Notes under the pieces: model-generated
Database searches by the model: none
What the model was told of the DNA's origin: nothing
Seen by the model: the letters and a program-made list of their open reading frames with translations, nothing else
Assembly (NCBI GenBank): GCA_035527515.1
Contig: DATLAJ010000057.1
Coordinates: 858-64,857 of the forward strand
Source of the DNA: a bacterium
GTDB lineage: Bacteria; B130-G9
Reading direction: 5' to 3'
DNA length: 64,000 nucleotides
Translations under genes and position numbers: made by a program
Shown here: positions 8,795 to 16,963 of the stretch, piece after piece
How positions within the stretch are numbered: position 1 is the first letter of the stretch
Layout of the letters: every line of letters begins with the position of its first letter

Positions 8795-10048
8795 ATGTGG
8801 CTCTTAATAACGACTAAGACGACGCATTACTGGTGGGCCAACTACAGCTGCGCTGACGGGAAGAATTTCATGTTGGCGCTGGGTTTGCAGCGAGTTCTGC
8901 GCGTGGACGGCACCATCGGCGAATGGGACCCCGGAACGAGTCCGGAGCATCCGGACGGGGACCGCGAGTGGAAGGAGCACAAGCTGCTTCACTGCAAGGC
9001 CACCTCGAACTTCAGGGAGTACGCGCAGGGGAACAGGGGGCATGAGCGATTTAGGATTTCAGTCTCACAAACCGCGCGGCAGATCGAGTTCAAGGTCAGA
9101 CTTGAGTCTGTTTGGCCGCAGCCGATTCCCTTCCCGGTGCCGGTGCCTTTCCCGCAGCCAGTCCCTTTGCCGGAGCCGCCGGTCATACCGGTCACGCCGG
9201 TCACCCCAGTTACGCCGGTCACACCGGTCACACCAGTCACGCCGGTCGTGGAGCCGGGTGCGGAGCGGGTACCCACGGGGGTTCTGAGGCCGACTCCGTT
9301 AAAAGGGAAGTTCAAGGTCTATCTTCGGTCAAGAGCCCTGAATAGATACAAGCCTAGGCTCCCACGAGACGGGAACAGGGACATATATATACACGGACAG
9401 CCGCTCTGGGAACGGGAGGCCGAGGCGGCCTTTGAGCAACCGCCTGAGGCAACGATCAAGCTCCGTGATGTGCCGATCGGGTGGGCAGTGCTCGAGGTGT
9501 GGGCAGAAGATGACCACGGGCATGATCTCAGCAAGAAGAAGACGATGCAGGTGTTTGTGTATCCTGAGATCTGGTGCAGGCGTGCGCTGGTTCCGGTATT
9601 TGGTCCCCATCTTGGGTATCGGACGAGGTGGGTGCTGCTGCCGCCGAGGGCGGAGCTGCCGCCGGTCACGCCGTTGCCGGAAGGTCCGCAGCCGCTGGTG
9701 GAGCCGATTGTCGAGCCGATACTCCCCGACGAGAAGGGCGTCTATCACATCCGCGCCGCCCTCTGGAAGCAGTCCGACGGCTACTTCGTTGTCGGTAATC
9801 CTGAAGACCGCTACGACCCCAGCAAGATCAAGGACTACAAAGTCCAATCCGACTTCAAAGTCGATGAGCAGAGGTTGACCCCGGAAGACCAACCACTTAT
9901 ATCTTGCGGGCCCTGGCAGACGGGTACAGAGGACTCGCGTTGCGCTCTTCCGGAACACGAAAGCGAACGAATAGACGTCATTGTTCTGGAGCCTGCCGAG
10001 GTAAAAGCGCTCACTGACGAGGTGCTGCCCATTCAGAAGCTGAAATAA
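8795..10048 (+). CDS. Array gene A1, full length. It has a conserved N-terminal domain, a Pro-rich (PFPVPVPF / (PVT)6) linker, and a conserved C-terminal module with a Cys-bounded variable loop.
   Basis: ATG at 8795 is where homology with copy A2 begins (caacatgtggctcttaataacg). The stop is 4 nt before the RBS of B1. The C-terminal 170 aa are shared with the downstream cassettes A3', A4' and A5'. Confidence 0.65.
   Translation: MWLLITTKTTHYWWANYSCADGKNFMLALGLQRVLRVDGTIGEWDPGTSPEHPDGDREWKEHKLLHCKATSNFREYAQGNRGHERFRISVSQTARQIEFKVRLESVWPQPIPFPVPVPFPQPVPLPEPPVIPVTPVTPVTPVTPVTPVTPVVEPGAERVPTGVLRPTPLKGKFKVYLRSRALNRYKPRLPRDGNRDIYIHGQPLWEREAEAAFEQPPEATIKLRDVPIGWAVLEVWAEDDHGHDLSKKKTMQVFVYPEIWCRRALVPVFGPHLGYRTRWVLLPPRAELPPVTPLPEGPQPLVEPIVEPILPDEKGVYHIRAALWKQSDGYFVVGNPEDRYDPSKIKDYKVQSDFKVDEQRLTPEDQPLISCGPWQTGTEDSRCALPEHESERIDVIVLEPAEVKALTDEVLPIQKLK
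9178..9249 (+). repeat. In-frame 9-bp tandem repeat (ccggtcacg)n, about 7 units, encoding (PVT)n in A1.
   Basis: The repeat is read directly from the sequence and is absent from A2. Confidence 0.8.
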
Positions 10049-10058
10049 GGAGGTGGAA

Positions 10059-11441
10059 ATGACTTGGCTGCGACTGGCGATGGTCGTTCTGTTGTCCGCG
10101 GTATTTGCGTTGACGTCTTGCGCCGTAGGGCAAGCGGCTGATTATCCCTGGGTCTATTACTTCGAGAGGCCGGACTTCCCGCAGATACACTGTGCCTTCG
10201 CGGATACGGACGGGAGCGTGGTTGTCTCTACGGGAGACTGGCTTGACACTGGGTATGATTGGGTGACCGGGGATATCGTGTACTACTACCGCTCAGCGGG
10301 ACTGTATCGGATCATTTGCGGGACTGTTGAACCTATTGAGTGCCCTGCGAATACCTTTGTTCTCGACGCGGCCGTCGATTCAGAAGGCACGACTTGGCTG
10401 CTTATTGCGCATGGGCGTAATGGATATGTCGAGACCGGCAGTTTGGCCGGTCCGACTTGCGCAGACACGCTCGGGTCCGCTGTCGGTTATCGGAATTTCG
10501 GACTTTACCTCGAGAACTACAGGTTTGCGCGCCTCGAAGGGGCTACAGTGATTGAGGATAAGCAGATAACGGAGGCAGTGCCGACGACCCCTATCACAAT
10601 GTGTTGCGACCCGTGGGGGAGGGTGTATGTTTTCAGTTGGCGGTGGTCGGACAATAGGGATATTGAGGAGAGAAGGAGCTTTGTTTCTTGGTGGTCGGGC
10701 GGCAATCCGGATGACTTACACGTCTCCGAAATCTCGAACATCCTCCATGGCGCAAACATGGATTACTATGGGGCTCGTTATCCCGCCTTCGGGCCGGACG
10801 GTCTGGCCTACTTCGTTGTGGGGAACGCGTGGGACTTCGCAGCCTCCACAGAATACGCGGTCCTATGCCTTGACCCTAAAACTCAGTCTTGGGAGGTCTA
10901 CGACGAACAGGTCTGCAGCTTGCTAGGCTGCGCAATACGCTACTTCTGCGTGGATTCAATGAACGTCAAGTGGTTCGGGACAGAAGACGGGCTGGTTCGG
11001 TTTGATGGCCAGAGCTGGTCTCGGTACACAACGGGGAACACTGGGCTTCCTCACAATCTAGTGCGGCAAATTCAATACGATCAGGCCGAGGGAGTGTATT
11101 ATGTTGTCACGCAGGCCGACCCACAGTATCGGACAGCCTTCAGCGTTCTCTCCCCCGGAGGCCGACTTGTTGGGGGTCCTTTGTCGTCCCCGCGGGAAGG
11201 GCTCCCTTGGTACCTACCCCAGATTTACAGGGATGTGAGGGGAACGTGGTGGCTGCTGTTGCCTCCCAACTACAGGGCGACAACAACACCATACGATGTG
11301 TATGCGTACGACGGCCGGGGCGTGTTTCGTTGGGACAGCAGGGTCTCGTTCGATAGGCCAGACGTCCACATCGGATTCATCGGGAGCGACGCAGAGGGAC
11401 GCGACTTCTGTGTGGGGCCTACATGCGTGATGATCTGGTAG
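10059..11441 (+). CDS. Array gene B1. It is a beta-propeller lipoprotein (Reg_prop-like repeats) ending in CVMIW.
   Basis: An aaggagg RBS lies 6 nt upstream of ATG. The lipobox reads ALTSC. Motifs DYPWVYYF, NVKWFGTEDGLVRFDGQSW..TGNTGLPHN.VRQIQYD resemble two-component-regulator propeller repeats. The C-terminus is FCVGPTCVMIW. Confidence 0.65.
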   Translation: MTWLRLAMVVLLSAVFALTSCAVGQAADYPWVYYFERPDFPQIHCAFADTDGSVVVSTGDWLDTGYDWVTGDIVYYYRSAGLYRIICGTVEPIECPANTFVLDAAVDSEGTTWLLIAHGRNGYVETGSLAGPTCADTLGSAVGYRNFGLYLENYRFARLEGATVIEDKQITEAVPTTPITMCCDPWGRVYVFSWRWSDNRDIEERRSFVSWWSGGNPDDLHVSEISNILHGANMDYYGARYPAFGPDGLAYFVVGNAWDFAASTEYAVLCLDPKTQSWEVYDEQVCSLLGCAIRYFCVDSMNVKWFGTEDGLVRFDGQSWSRYTTGNTGLPHNLVRQIQYDQAEGVYYVVTQADPQYRTAFSVLSPGGRLVGGPLSSPREGLPWYLPQIYRDVRGTWWLLLPPNYRATTTPYDVYAYDGRGVFRWDSRVSFDRPDVHIGFIGSDAEGRDFCVGPTCVMIW

Positions 11442-11731
11442 GAGGATTGCTGGCCTTGGCTGAGAAGATTGACGTGAGTCGCGTGGTGACCGCGATCGTG
11501 TCGCGGATTCCGGAGTATCTTAGGACGTGCGAGGTTTGCCTTCGCACGCAGGACGACGTCACGGCTCAGGAGTCCACGCTGCTCTATGGGTCGAAGTTCT
11601 GGGCCGTGATGAATGACACCGACCGCGCTGGCAACATAACTGGGAAGCAGCGGCTGTTCCTGGAGATCGGCACGCCTCTTCAGTATTTCCTTGCGCACGA
11701 TAACGAGAGCGGCCAGCTTCAGAAGTTCAAC

Positions 11732-13129
11732 ATGTGGCTCTTAATAACGACTAAGACGACGCATTACTGGTGGGCCAACTACAGCTGCGCTGACGGGAAG
11801 AATTTCATGTTGGCGATGGGTTTTCAGCGAGTTCTGCGCGTGGACGGCACCATCGGCGAATGGGACCCCGGAACGAGTCCGGAGCATCCGGACGGGGACC
11901 GCGAGTGGAAGGAGCACAAGCTGCTTCACTGCAAGGCCACCTCGGACTTCAGGGAGTATGCACGGGGGAACAGGGGGCATGAGCGATTCAGGATTTCAGT
12001 CTCACAAACGGCGAGGGAGATCGAGTTCAAGGTCAGACTTGAGTCTATTTGGCCGCAGCCGATCCCCTTCCCGGTGCCAGTGCCTTTCCCGCAGCCGGTC
12101 CCTTTCCCGCAGCCGGTCCCTTTCCCGCAGCCGGTCCCTTTCCCGCAGCCGGTCCCTTTCCCACAGCCGGTCCCTTTGCCGCAGCCGGTCCCTTTCCCAC
12201 AGCCGGTCCCTTTCCCACAGCCGGTCCCTTTGCCGCAGCCGACCCCTTTGCTGGAGCCGACCCCTTTGCTGGAGCCGCCGGTCACGCCGGTCGTGGAGCC
12301 GGGTGGGGAGCGGGTACCCACGGGGGTCCTGAGGCCGACTCCGTTAAAGGGGAAGTTCAAGGTCTATCTTCGGTCAAGAGCCCTGAATAGATACAAGCCT
12401 GGACTCTCCCCGGACGGGAATAGGGACATATATAGACATGGACAGCCGCTCTGGGAGCGGGAGGCGGAGGCCCCCTTTGAGCAACCGCCTGAGGCAACGA
12501 TCAAGCTCCGTGATGTGCCGGTTGGTTGGGCAGTGCTCGAGGTGTGGGCGGAGGATGACCACGGGCATGATCTCAGCAAGAAGAAGACGATGCAGGTGTT
12601 TGTGTATCCTGAGATCTGGTGCAGGCGTGCGCTGGTTCCGGTACTTGGTCCCCATCTTGGGTATCGGACGAGGTGGTTTTTGCTGCCGCCGAGGGCGGAG
12701 CTGCCGCCCGTGACGCCGCTGCCGGAAGGTCCGCAGCCGCTTTTGGAGCCGATTGTGCAGCCGATACTCCCCGACGAGAAGGGCGGCTATCACATCCGCG
12801 CCGCCCTCTGGAAGCAGTCCGACGGCTACTTCGTTGTCGGTCCTGGGGGCTCCCGCTACGACCCCGCAACAATCACCGACTACAACGTCCAATCCGAATT
12901 CAGCGTCGATGCGCAAGAAGTGAGAGACTCGGAGGGCAATTTCTTGGGCTATTGCGGGCCGAACAATGAGGACCCAGTGACCGGCCAGCCGTCAGATAGG
13001 TGTGCAAACACTCTCCCGCAACACGAGAGCGAGCGAGTAGATGTGATCCAGCTCAAGCCCCTGGAAGTGAAAAGCCCCTTTCCAACGATCGTGTCCGATG
13101 AAAAGCTGATACAAGGAGGGAAGAAATGA
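11732..13129 (+). CDS. Array gene A2, full length. Its Pro-rich linker is expanded to ~12 PQPVPF repeats.
   Basis: ATG at 11732 is where homology with A1 begins. The reading frame is open upstream to 11423, but that stretch has no similarity to A1. An 18-bp in-frame tandem repeat runs 12085-12280. The stop TGA overlaps the ATG of B2. Confidence 0.6.
   Translation: MWLLITTKTTHYWWANYSCADGKNFMLAMGFQRVLRVDGTIGEWDPGTSPEHPDGDREWKEHKLLHCKATSDFREYARGNRGHERFRISVSQTAREIEFKVRLESIWPQPIPFPVPVPFPQPVPFPQPVPFPQPVPFPQPVPFPQPVPLPQPVPFPQPVPFPQPVPLPQPTPLLEPTPLLEPPVTPVVEPGGERVPTGVLRPTPLKGKFKVYLRSRALNRYKPGLSPDGNRDIYRHGQPLWEREAEAPFEQPPEATIKLRDVPVGWAVLEVWAEDDHGHDLSKKKTMQVFVYPEIWCRRALVPVLGPHLGYRTRWFLLPPRAELPPVTPLPEGPQPLLEPIVQPILPDEKGGYHIRAALWKQSDGYFVVGPGGSRYDPATITDYNVQSEFSVDAQEVRDSEGNFLGYCGPNNEDPVTGQPSDRCANTLPQHESERVDVIQLKPLEVKSPFPTIVSDEKLIQGGKK
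12085..12280 (+). repeat. In-frame 18-bp tandem repeat (ccgcagccggtccctttc)n, about 9 copies plus 2 variant units, encoding (PQPVPF)n.
   Basis: The repeat is read directly from the sequence. A1 has only ~2 units at the equivalent place. Confidence 0.85.
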
Positions 13130-14457
13130 AAAAACGGTCGCTGGTCATGCTGATTGCGCTGTGCGCGGTGATCGGTTCGCCGCCTTTTGGGCTGTCCCAG
13201 CAAGTAGATTACCCCTGGGTGCATTATTTCGACCGTCAGATAGGTTGCGTCTATGCCGACGCGGAATGGAACGTGCTCGTGTCCACCGGGGACTGGAACT
13301 ACACCACCGGCGACGGTACTGGGGCCATCACGTATTGGTATTTGTCCGACGGAGTGTTCAAGATTTGGGAGGGCGAGATTGACAAGATCGAGTTCCCCGC
13401 CGGCACCTTGGTCTTGGGTTTTGCGACCGATTCGGGGGGAACTACATGGGCGCTCTTCGGAGAAGGTCAGAACCACACGCAACACGCGGAGGATCTGCCC
13501 TGGAAGTGTCAGGCGACGGTCTTGGACTCCGTTTCCCGATCTCCGCTCATTGCCAATCCCAGGTTAGCACGCATCCAGGGAACAGGCATTGTCGTGGATA
13601 GTGAGCTGACCGCTTCGATCCCGGGGAAGCCGGTTGCCATCGTTTCGGACGTTTGGGGCACAGTCTTTGTGATCAGTTACCAGGTCAGTTACCGGGACGT
13701 TGACTCGGGTGGTGCGAGGTACTTCGTTTCTTGGTGGCCTGGGGCTGAGCCGGGCTCGCTCCGTATTCAAGAGGTCCCCCATGTTTTTGACTACGTCATC
13801 ACTTCGCGTCGACCGTCTTTTGGACCAGACGGCCTAATGTACCTGCTCGCGAGCAACACGGAGGGGATCTACTACGCTCGGTCTCCCTCTGGGGTGCTGG
13901 CGTTGGACCCCCAGGATGAGGAATGGTGTGTCTATTATGGAGGCGATAGGGCGATCTATTGCGTTTATGTGGATCAGTTTAACGTGAAGTGGTTCGGGAC
14001 TCAGGACGGCCTCTTCCGGTTGGATGCCGGAAACTGGGCCTCCTGGACGACCGCGAACAGCGGACTGCCCTATAACGGCGTGCGACAGATAACCTATGAC
14101 GAGATCGACAACGTGTATTACGTGGTCTCACAGTATTGCGACAGCGCAGTTGGAGACTGCTACGGAGCTTTCGCGGTGCTTTCCGGTGATGGGCAACGTG
14201 TCGGGCCACCGCTGAACCTCCCCGACTGCACCGATCTGTGGATACCGAAGGCGCACCGATCCGGAGCCACTTGGTACTTGATGCCTTATGTCATCTACGA
14301 CGTGATCTACTCTTATGATCACAGAAACGTACGAGCTTGGCACCTCCGGGATTGGGTCAGCGTTGGCGCCGACACGTTCGACTTATCCATCGGCCCGGTC
14401 GGGGACCGGCGCACCTTTCTTGCCCTGCACCTGTGCAGCTGCGTTATGATCTGGTAA
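13126..14457 (+). CDS. Array gene B2. It is a beta-propeller secreted protein (Reg_prop-like) ending in CVMIW.
   Basis: It starts with the signal peptide MKKRSLVMLIALCAVIG. The DYPWVHYF, NVKWFGTQDGLFRLD and LPYNGVRQITYDEIDNVYYVVS motifs are conserved with B1, B3 and B4. The C-terminus is LHLCSCVMIW. Confidence 0.65.
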   Translation: MKKRSLVMLIALCAVIGSPPFGLSQQVDYPWVHYFDRQIGCVYADAEWNVLVSTGDWNYTTGDGTGAITYWYLSDGVFKIWEGEIDKIEFPAGTLVLGFATDSGGTTWALFGEGQNHTQHAEDLPWKCQATVLDSVSRSPLIANPRLARIQGTGIVVDSELTASIPGKPVAIVSDVWGTVFVISYQVSYRDVDSGGARYFVSWWPGAEPGSLRIQEVPHVFDYVITSRRPSFGPDGLMYLLASNTEGIYYARSPSGVLALDPQDEEWCVYYGGDRAIYCVYVDQFNVKWFGTQDGLFRLDAGNWASWTTANSGLPYNGVRQITYDEIDNVYYVVSQYCDSAVGDCYGAFAVLSGDGQRVGPPLNLPDCTDLWIPKAHRSGATWYLMPYVIYDVIYSYDHRNVRAWHLRDWVSVGADTFDLSIGPVGDRRTFLALHLCSCVMIW

Positions 14458-14460
14458 CCG

Positions 14461-15015
14461 ATGAGCATCACGCAGGTGTTTGTGTATCCGGAGATACGAT
14501 GTGCAAAAAAGCTGGTATTCGAGCGTGATCCGCTTGGACTGGGATTTATCAGGATGAGGTGGAAGTTGCTGCCGCCGACAGAGCTGGTGCCGCCGGTGAC
14601 GCCGCTGCCGGAGGGTCCGCAGCCGGAGGTGGGACCGATTGTGCAGCCGATACTCCCCGACGAGAAGGGCGGCTATCACATCCGCGCCGCGCTCTGGAAG
14701 CAGTCCGACGGCTACTTCGTTGTCGGTCCTGGCGGCTCCCGCTACGACCCGGAAACCATCACCGGCTACAACGTCCAATCCGACTTCAGCGTCGATGAGC
14801 AAAAACTCGGCCGAATTGAGGATTCGGACAAGATCTGGCGGATGCTGTACTGCGGGCCAAACAACATGGATCAGAGATTTCACCCTCCGGAGCTTTCCAC
14901 CGACTGCGTCAACGCCATTCCTATATATGAAAGCGAGCGGATAGACGTTATTACATTGAAGCTTGAAGTAAAACCGCTCATTGACGAGGGCCTGCCCGTT
15001 AAGAAGCCGAAATAA
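14461..15015 (+). CDS. Array cassette A3'. It is a 5'-truncated copy of gene A containing the C-terminal module only (184 aa).
   Basis: ATG lies 4 nt after the B2 stop. It begins MSITQVFVYPEI, homologous to the internal KTMQVFVYPEIW of A1 and A2. It has its own variant of the CGP...C loop, and the gene-A N-domain and Pro linker are absent. Confidence 0.55.
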   Translation: MSITQVFVYPEIRCAKKLVFERDPLGLGFIRMRWKLLPPTELVPPVTPLPEGPQPEVGPIVQPILPDEKGGYHIRAALWKQSDGYFVVGPGGSRYDPETITGYNVQSDFSVDEQKLGRIEDSDKIWRMLYCGPNNMDQRFHPPELSTDCVNAIPIYESERIDVITLKLEVKPLIDEGLPVKKPK

Positions 15016-15041
15016 GGAGGTCGAAGACGACTAGGCTGGAA

Positions 15042-16421
15042 ATGGCCATTCTGGTTCTGCTGTCCGCGGTATTTGCGTTGACATCTTGCACTGTAGCGCA
15101 AGCAGGTGATTACCCCTGGGTGCATTACTTCGATACTCCCAGCTGCGCGGATCATCCTTCGATCCACTTCGCGTTCCCGGATGGCGAGGGCAATGTCATC
15201 GTGTCAACGGGTGACTGGGTCCCCGATTACTGGCCTAATGAGAAATACTATGACTACCGCCCGGGAGCTTTATACCGAGTGAATGAGGGGGTCAAGCAGA
15301 CAATCGACGCACCCGAGAACACGTATGTGCTTGACGCTGCCGTGGACGGTCAAGGCAGGACCTGGATTATATCTGCCGAGGCGAGCAGTTACCACGTGTA
15401 TTACCGGAACGGCCTGTGCGTTGAGGATAAGGGGTACCCTCTTCCCCAGAGTTTCGGCTATGGGCGATACCGATTCCCGGAGTCTCCCCTTGCCGAGGCC
15501 TACGGCGGTCTTGACAAGCCAGCCTTGGGAACGCTCCGGGCTGGGCGCTTTGTCCGACTTCCTGAAGTGACCGAGGCGATTCCCGGGACACCACGTGGGA
15601 TTTGCGTTGACGCTCAGGGTCACGTCTTCTTGATGACCTCGGAATGGGATCCTTGGGAGTTCACCGCATACTTCGTCTCGTGGTGGGGAGCCGAAGGGCC
15701 TGAATCACTTCGAACTCTCGACCTGTGGCAGATCATTCCGAACTCCTGGCTTCGAGATTATCCGCAGTTTGCTCCGGATGGCGTCGCATATCTTCTCATC
15801 GTGTATAATGCGGGCGGTCCGGGGGCTGGTTACGACTACGCCCTTCTCCGCCTCGATCCTAAGACCGGCGAGTATTGTGTTTACCGGAATACCGATTATG
15901 CGTATCTTGACTCCGAAGTTCGATGCTTCTACATAGACCCAATGGGCATCATCTGGCTCGGCACCGAAGATGGCCTTGTTCGTTTCGATGGGCAGACGTT
16001 GAGTCGTTGGACGACTGAAAACAGCGGCCTTCCCTATAATGCCGTCAGGCAAATCGTGTACGATGAGATCGATGACGTCTATTATGTGATCTCAGAAAAG
16101 GATATCGGTTGGGACACCTCTATGCTATTCAGCATGCTGTCACCGGTGGGCGACGCGATAGGTGCCCCTTTTATCCTACCTACGGTCGCAAACCGACTCT
16201 TTCAATTCTCCAAGGTGTTTCGTGACGGCAGAGGCGTGTTCTGGCTCTGTCCCTATGAGGCGAGCAGGGCTTACTCCTATGACCATGAACGAGTCATGCA
16301 GTGGTACGCAGCCGACTGGATGGAGCTCGTGAGCAACGTCCACTACGTCGGCTCGACTGCTTCAGGCCGGACATTCTGCGTAGCGGGAGGATACGGCGCC
16401 TCGTGCGTGATGATCTGGTAG
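15042..16421 (+). CDS. Array gene B3. It is a beta-propeller lipoprotein ending in CVMIW.
   Basis: It shares the signal-peptide motif AILVLLSAVFALTSC with B4. The ATG of B4 reads ACG here, so the start shifts to 15042. Reg_prop-like motifs are present and the C-terminus is GASCVMIW. Confidence 0.6.
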   Translation: MAILVLLSAVFALTSCTVAQAGDYPWVHYFDTPSCADHPSIHFAFPDGEGNVIVSTGDWVPDYWPNEKYYDYRPGALYRVNEGVKQTIDAPENTYVLDAAVDGQGRTWIISAEASSYHVYYRNGLCVEDKGYPLPQSFGYGRYRFPESPLAEAYGGLDKPALGTLRAGRFVRLPEVTEAIPGTPRGICVDAQGHVFLMTSEWDPWEFTAYFVSWWGAEGPESLRTLDLWQIIPNSWLRDYPQFAPDGVAYLLIVYNAGGPGAGYDYALLRLDPKTGEYCVYRNTDYAYLDSEVRCFYIDPMGIIWLGTEDGLVRFDGQTLSRWTTENSGLPYNAVRQIVYDEIDDVYYVISEKDIGWDTSMLFSMLSPVGDAIGAPFILPTVANRLFQFSKVFRDGRGVFWLCPYEASRAYSYDHERVMQWYAADWMELVSNVHYVGSTASGRTFCVAGGYGASCVMIW

Positions 16422-16435
16422 CGGAGAAGAAGAGG

Positions 16436-16963
16436 ATGCAGGTGCTTGTGTACCCGCAGATTAGGTGCAGGCGTGCGCTAGTTCCGGTATTTGGTCCTCA
16501 TCTTGGGTGGCGCACGAGGTGGGTTCTGCTGCCGCCGAGAGAGAAGGTGCCGCCCGTGACGCCGCTGCCGGAGGGTCCGCATCCGGTGGTGGGGCCGATT
16601 GTGCACCCGACACCCCCGGACGAGGAGGGCGTCACCACAATCGAGGCCGCGCTCTGGAAGCAGTCCGACGGCTACTTCAAGGGCGATAGATACGACCCCG
16701 CCGGCATCACTGGCTACTGGTACCAGAGGTTTCACTTCAGCGTCGATGAGGAATGGCTGAATGCGGATGCACACAGAGACCGTGGTGATCCCTTGATCGC
16801 GTGCGGGCCAAATGACGGCGAACCGGGGGGGGAAGGCCTGTGCGGCCTTCCGGAGCATGAGAGCGAGCGGATAGACGTTATTACCCTCAAGCGCGCCCCG
16901 ATAATAGCCCTCACTGACGAGGCGCAGCCCGTTAAGAAGCTGAAAAAAGGCGGTCGAAGATGA
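16436..16963 (+). CDS. Array cassette A4'. It is a 5'-truncated gene A C-terminal module (175 aa).
   Basis: ATG at 16436 lies 15 nt after the B3 stop. It begins MQVLVYPQIRCRRALVPVFGPHLGWRTRW and carries a variant CGPNDGEPGGEGLC loop. Its stop overlaps the ATG of B4. Confidence 0.55.
   Translation: MQVLVYPQIRCRRALVPVFGPHLGWRTRWVLLPPREKVPPVTPLPEGPHPVVGPIVHPTPPDEEGVTTIEAALWKQSDGYFKGDRYDPAGITGYWYQRFHFSVDEEWLNADAHRDRGDPLIACGPNDGEPGGEGLCGLPEHESERIDVITLKRAPIIALTDEAQPVKKLKKGGRR

Noticed and set aside
8989-9315. Minus-strand ORFs inside the array (8989-9315, 9329-9958, 11926-12360, 12374-12916, 14383-14883, 16478-16858, 16732-17403, 18306-18695) encoding Gly/Thr/Cys-rich repeats.
   Set aside because: They are antisense shadows of the plus-strand genes in high-GC repetitive DNA. 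Their low-complexity products, such as (TGV)n and (GKGTGC)n, merely mirror the Pro-rich repeats. The plus-strand frame has RBSs, coupling, signal peptides and conserved motifs.
11423-11731. An N-terminal 103-aa extension of A2 (the ORF is open from 11423, overlapping the end of B1).
   Set aside because: The extension has no counterpart in A1 and overlaps the conserved B1 3' end in another frame. Homology to A1 begins exactly at the ATG at 11732. It is probably an open-frame artefact.
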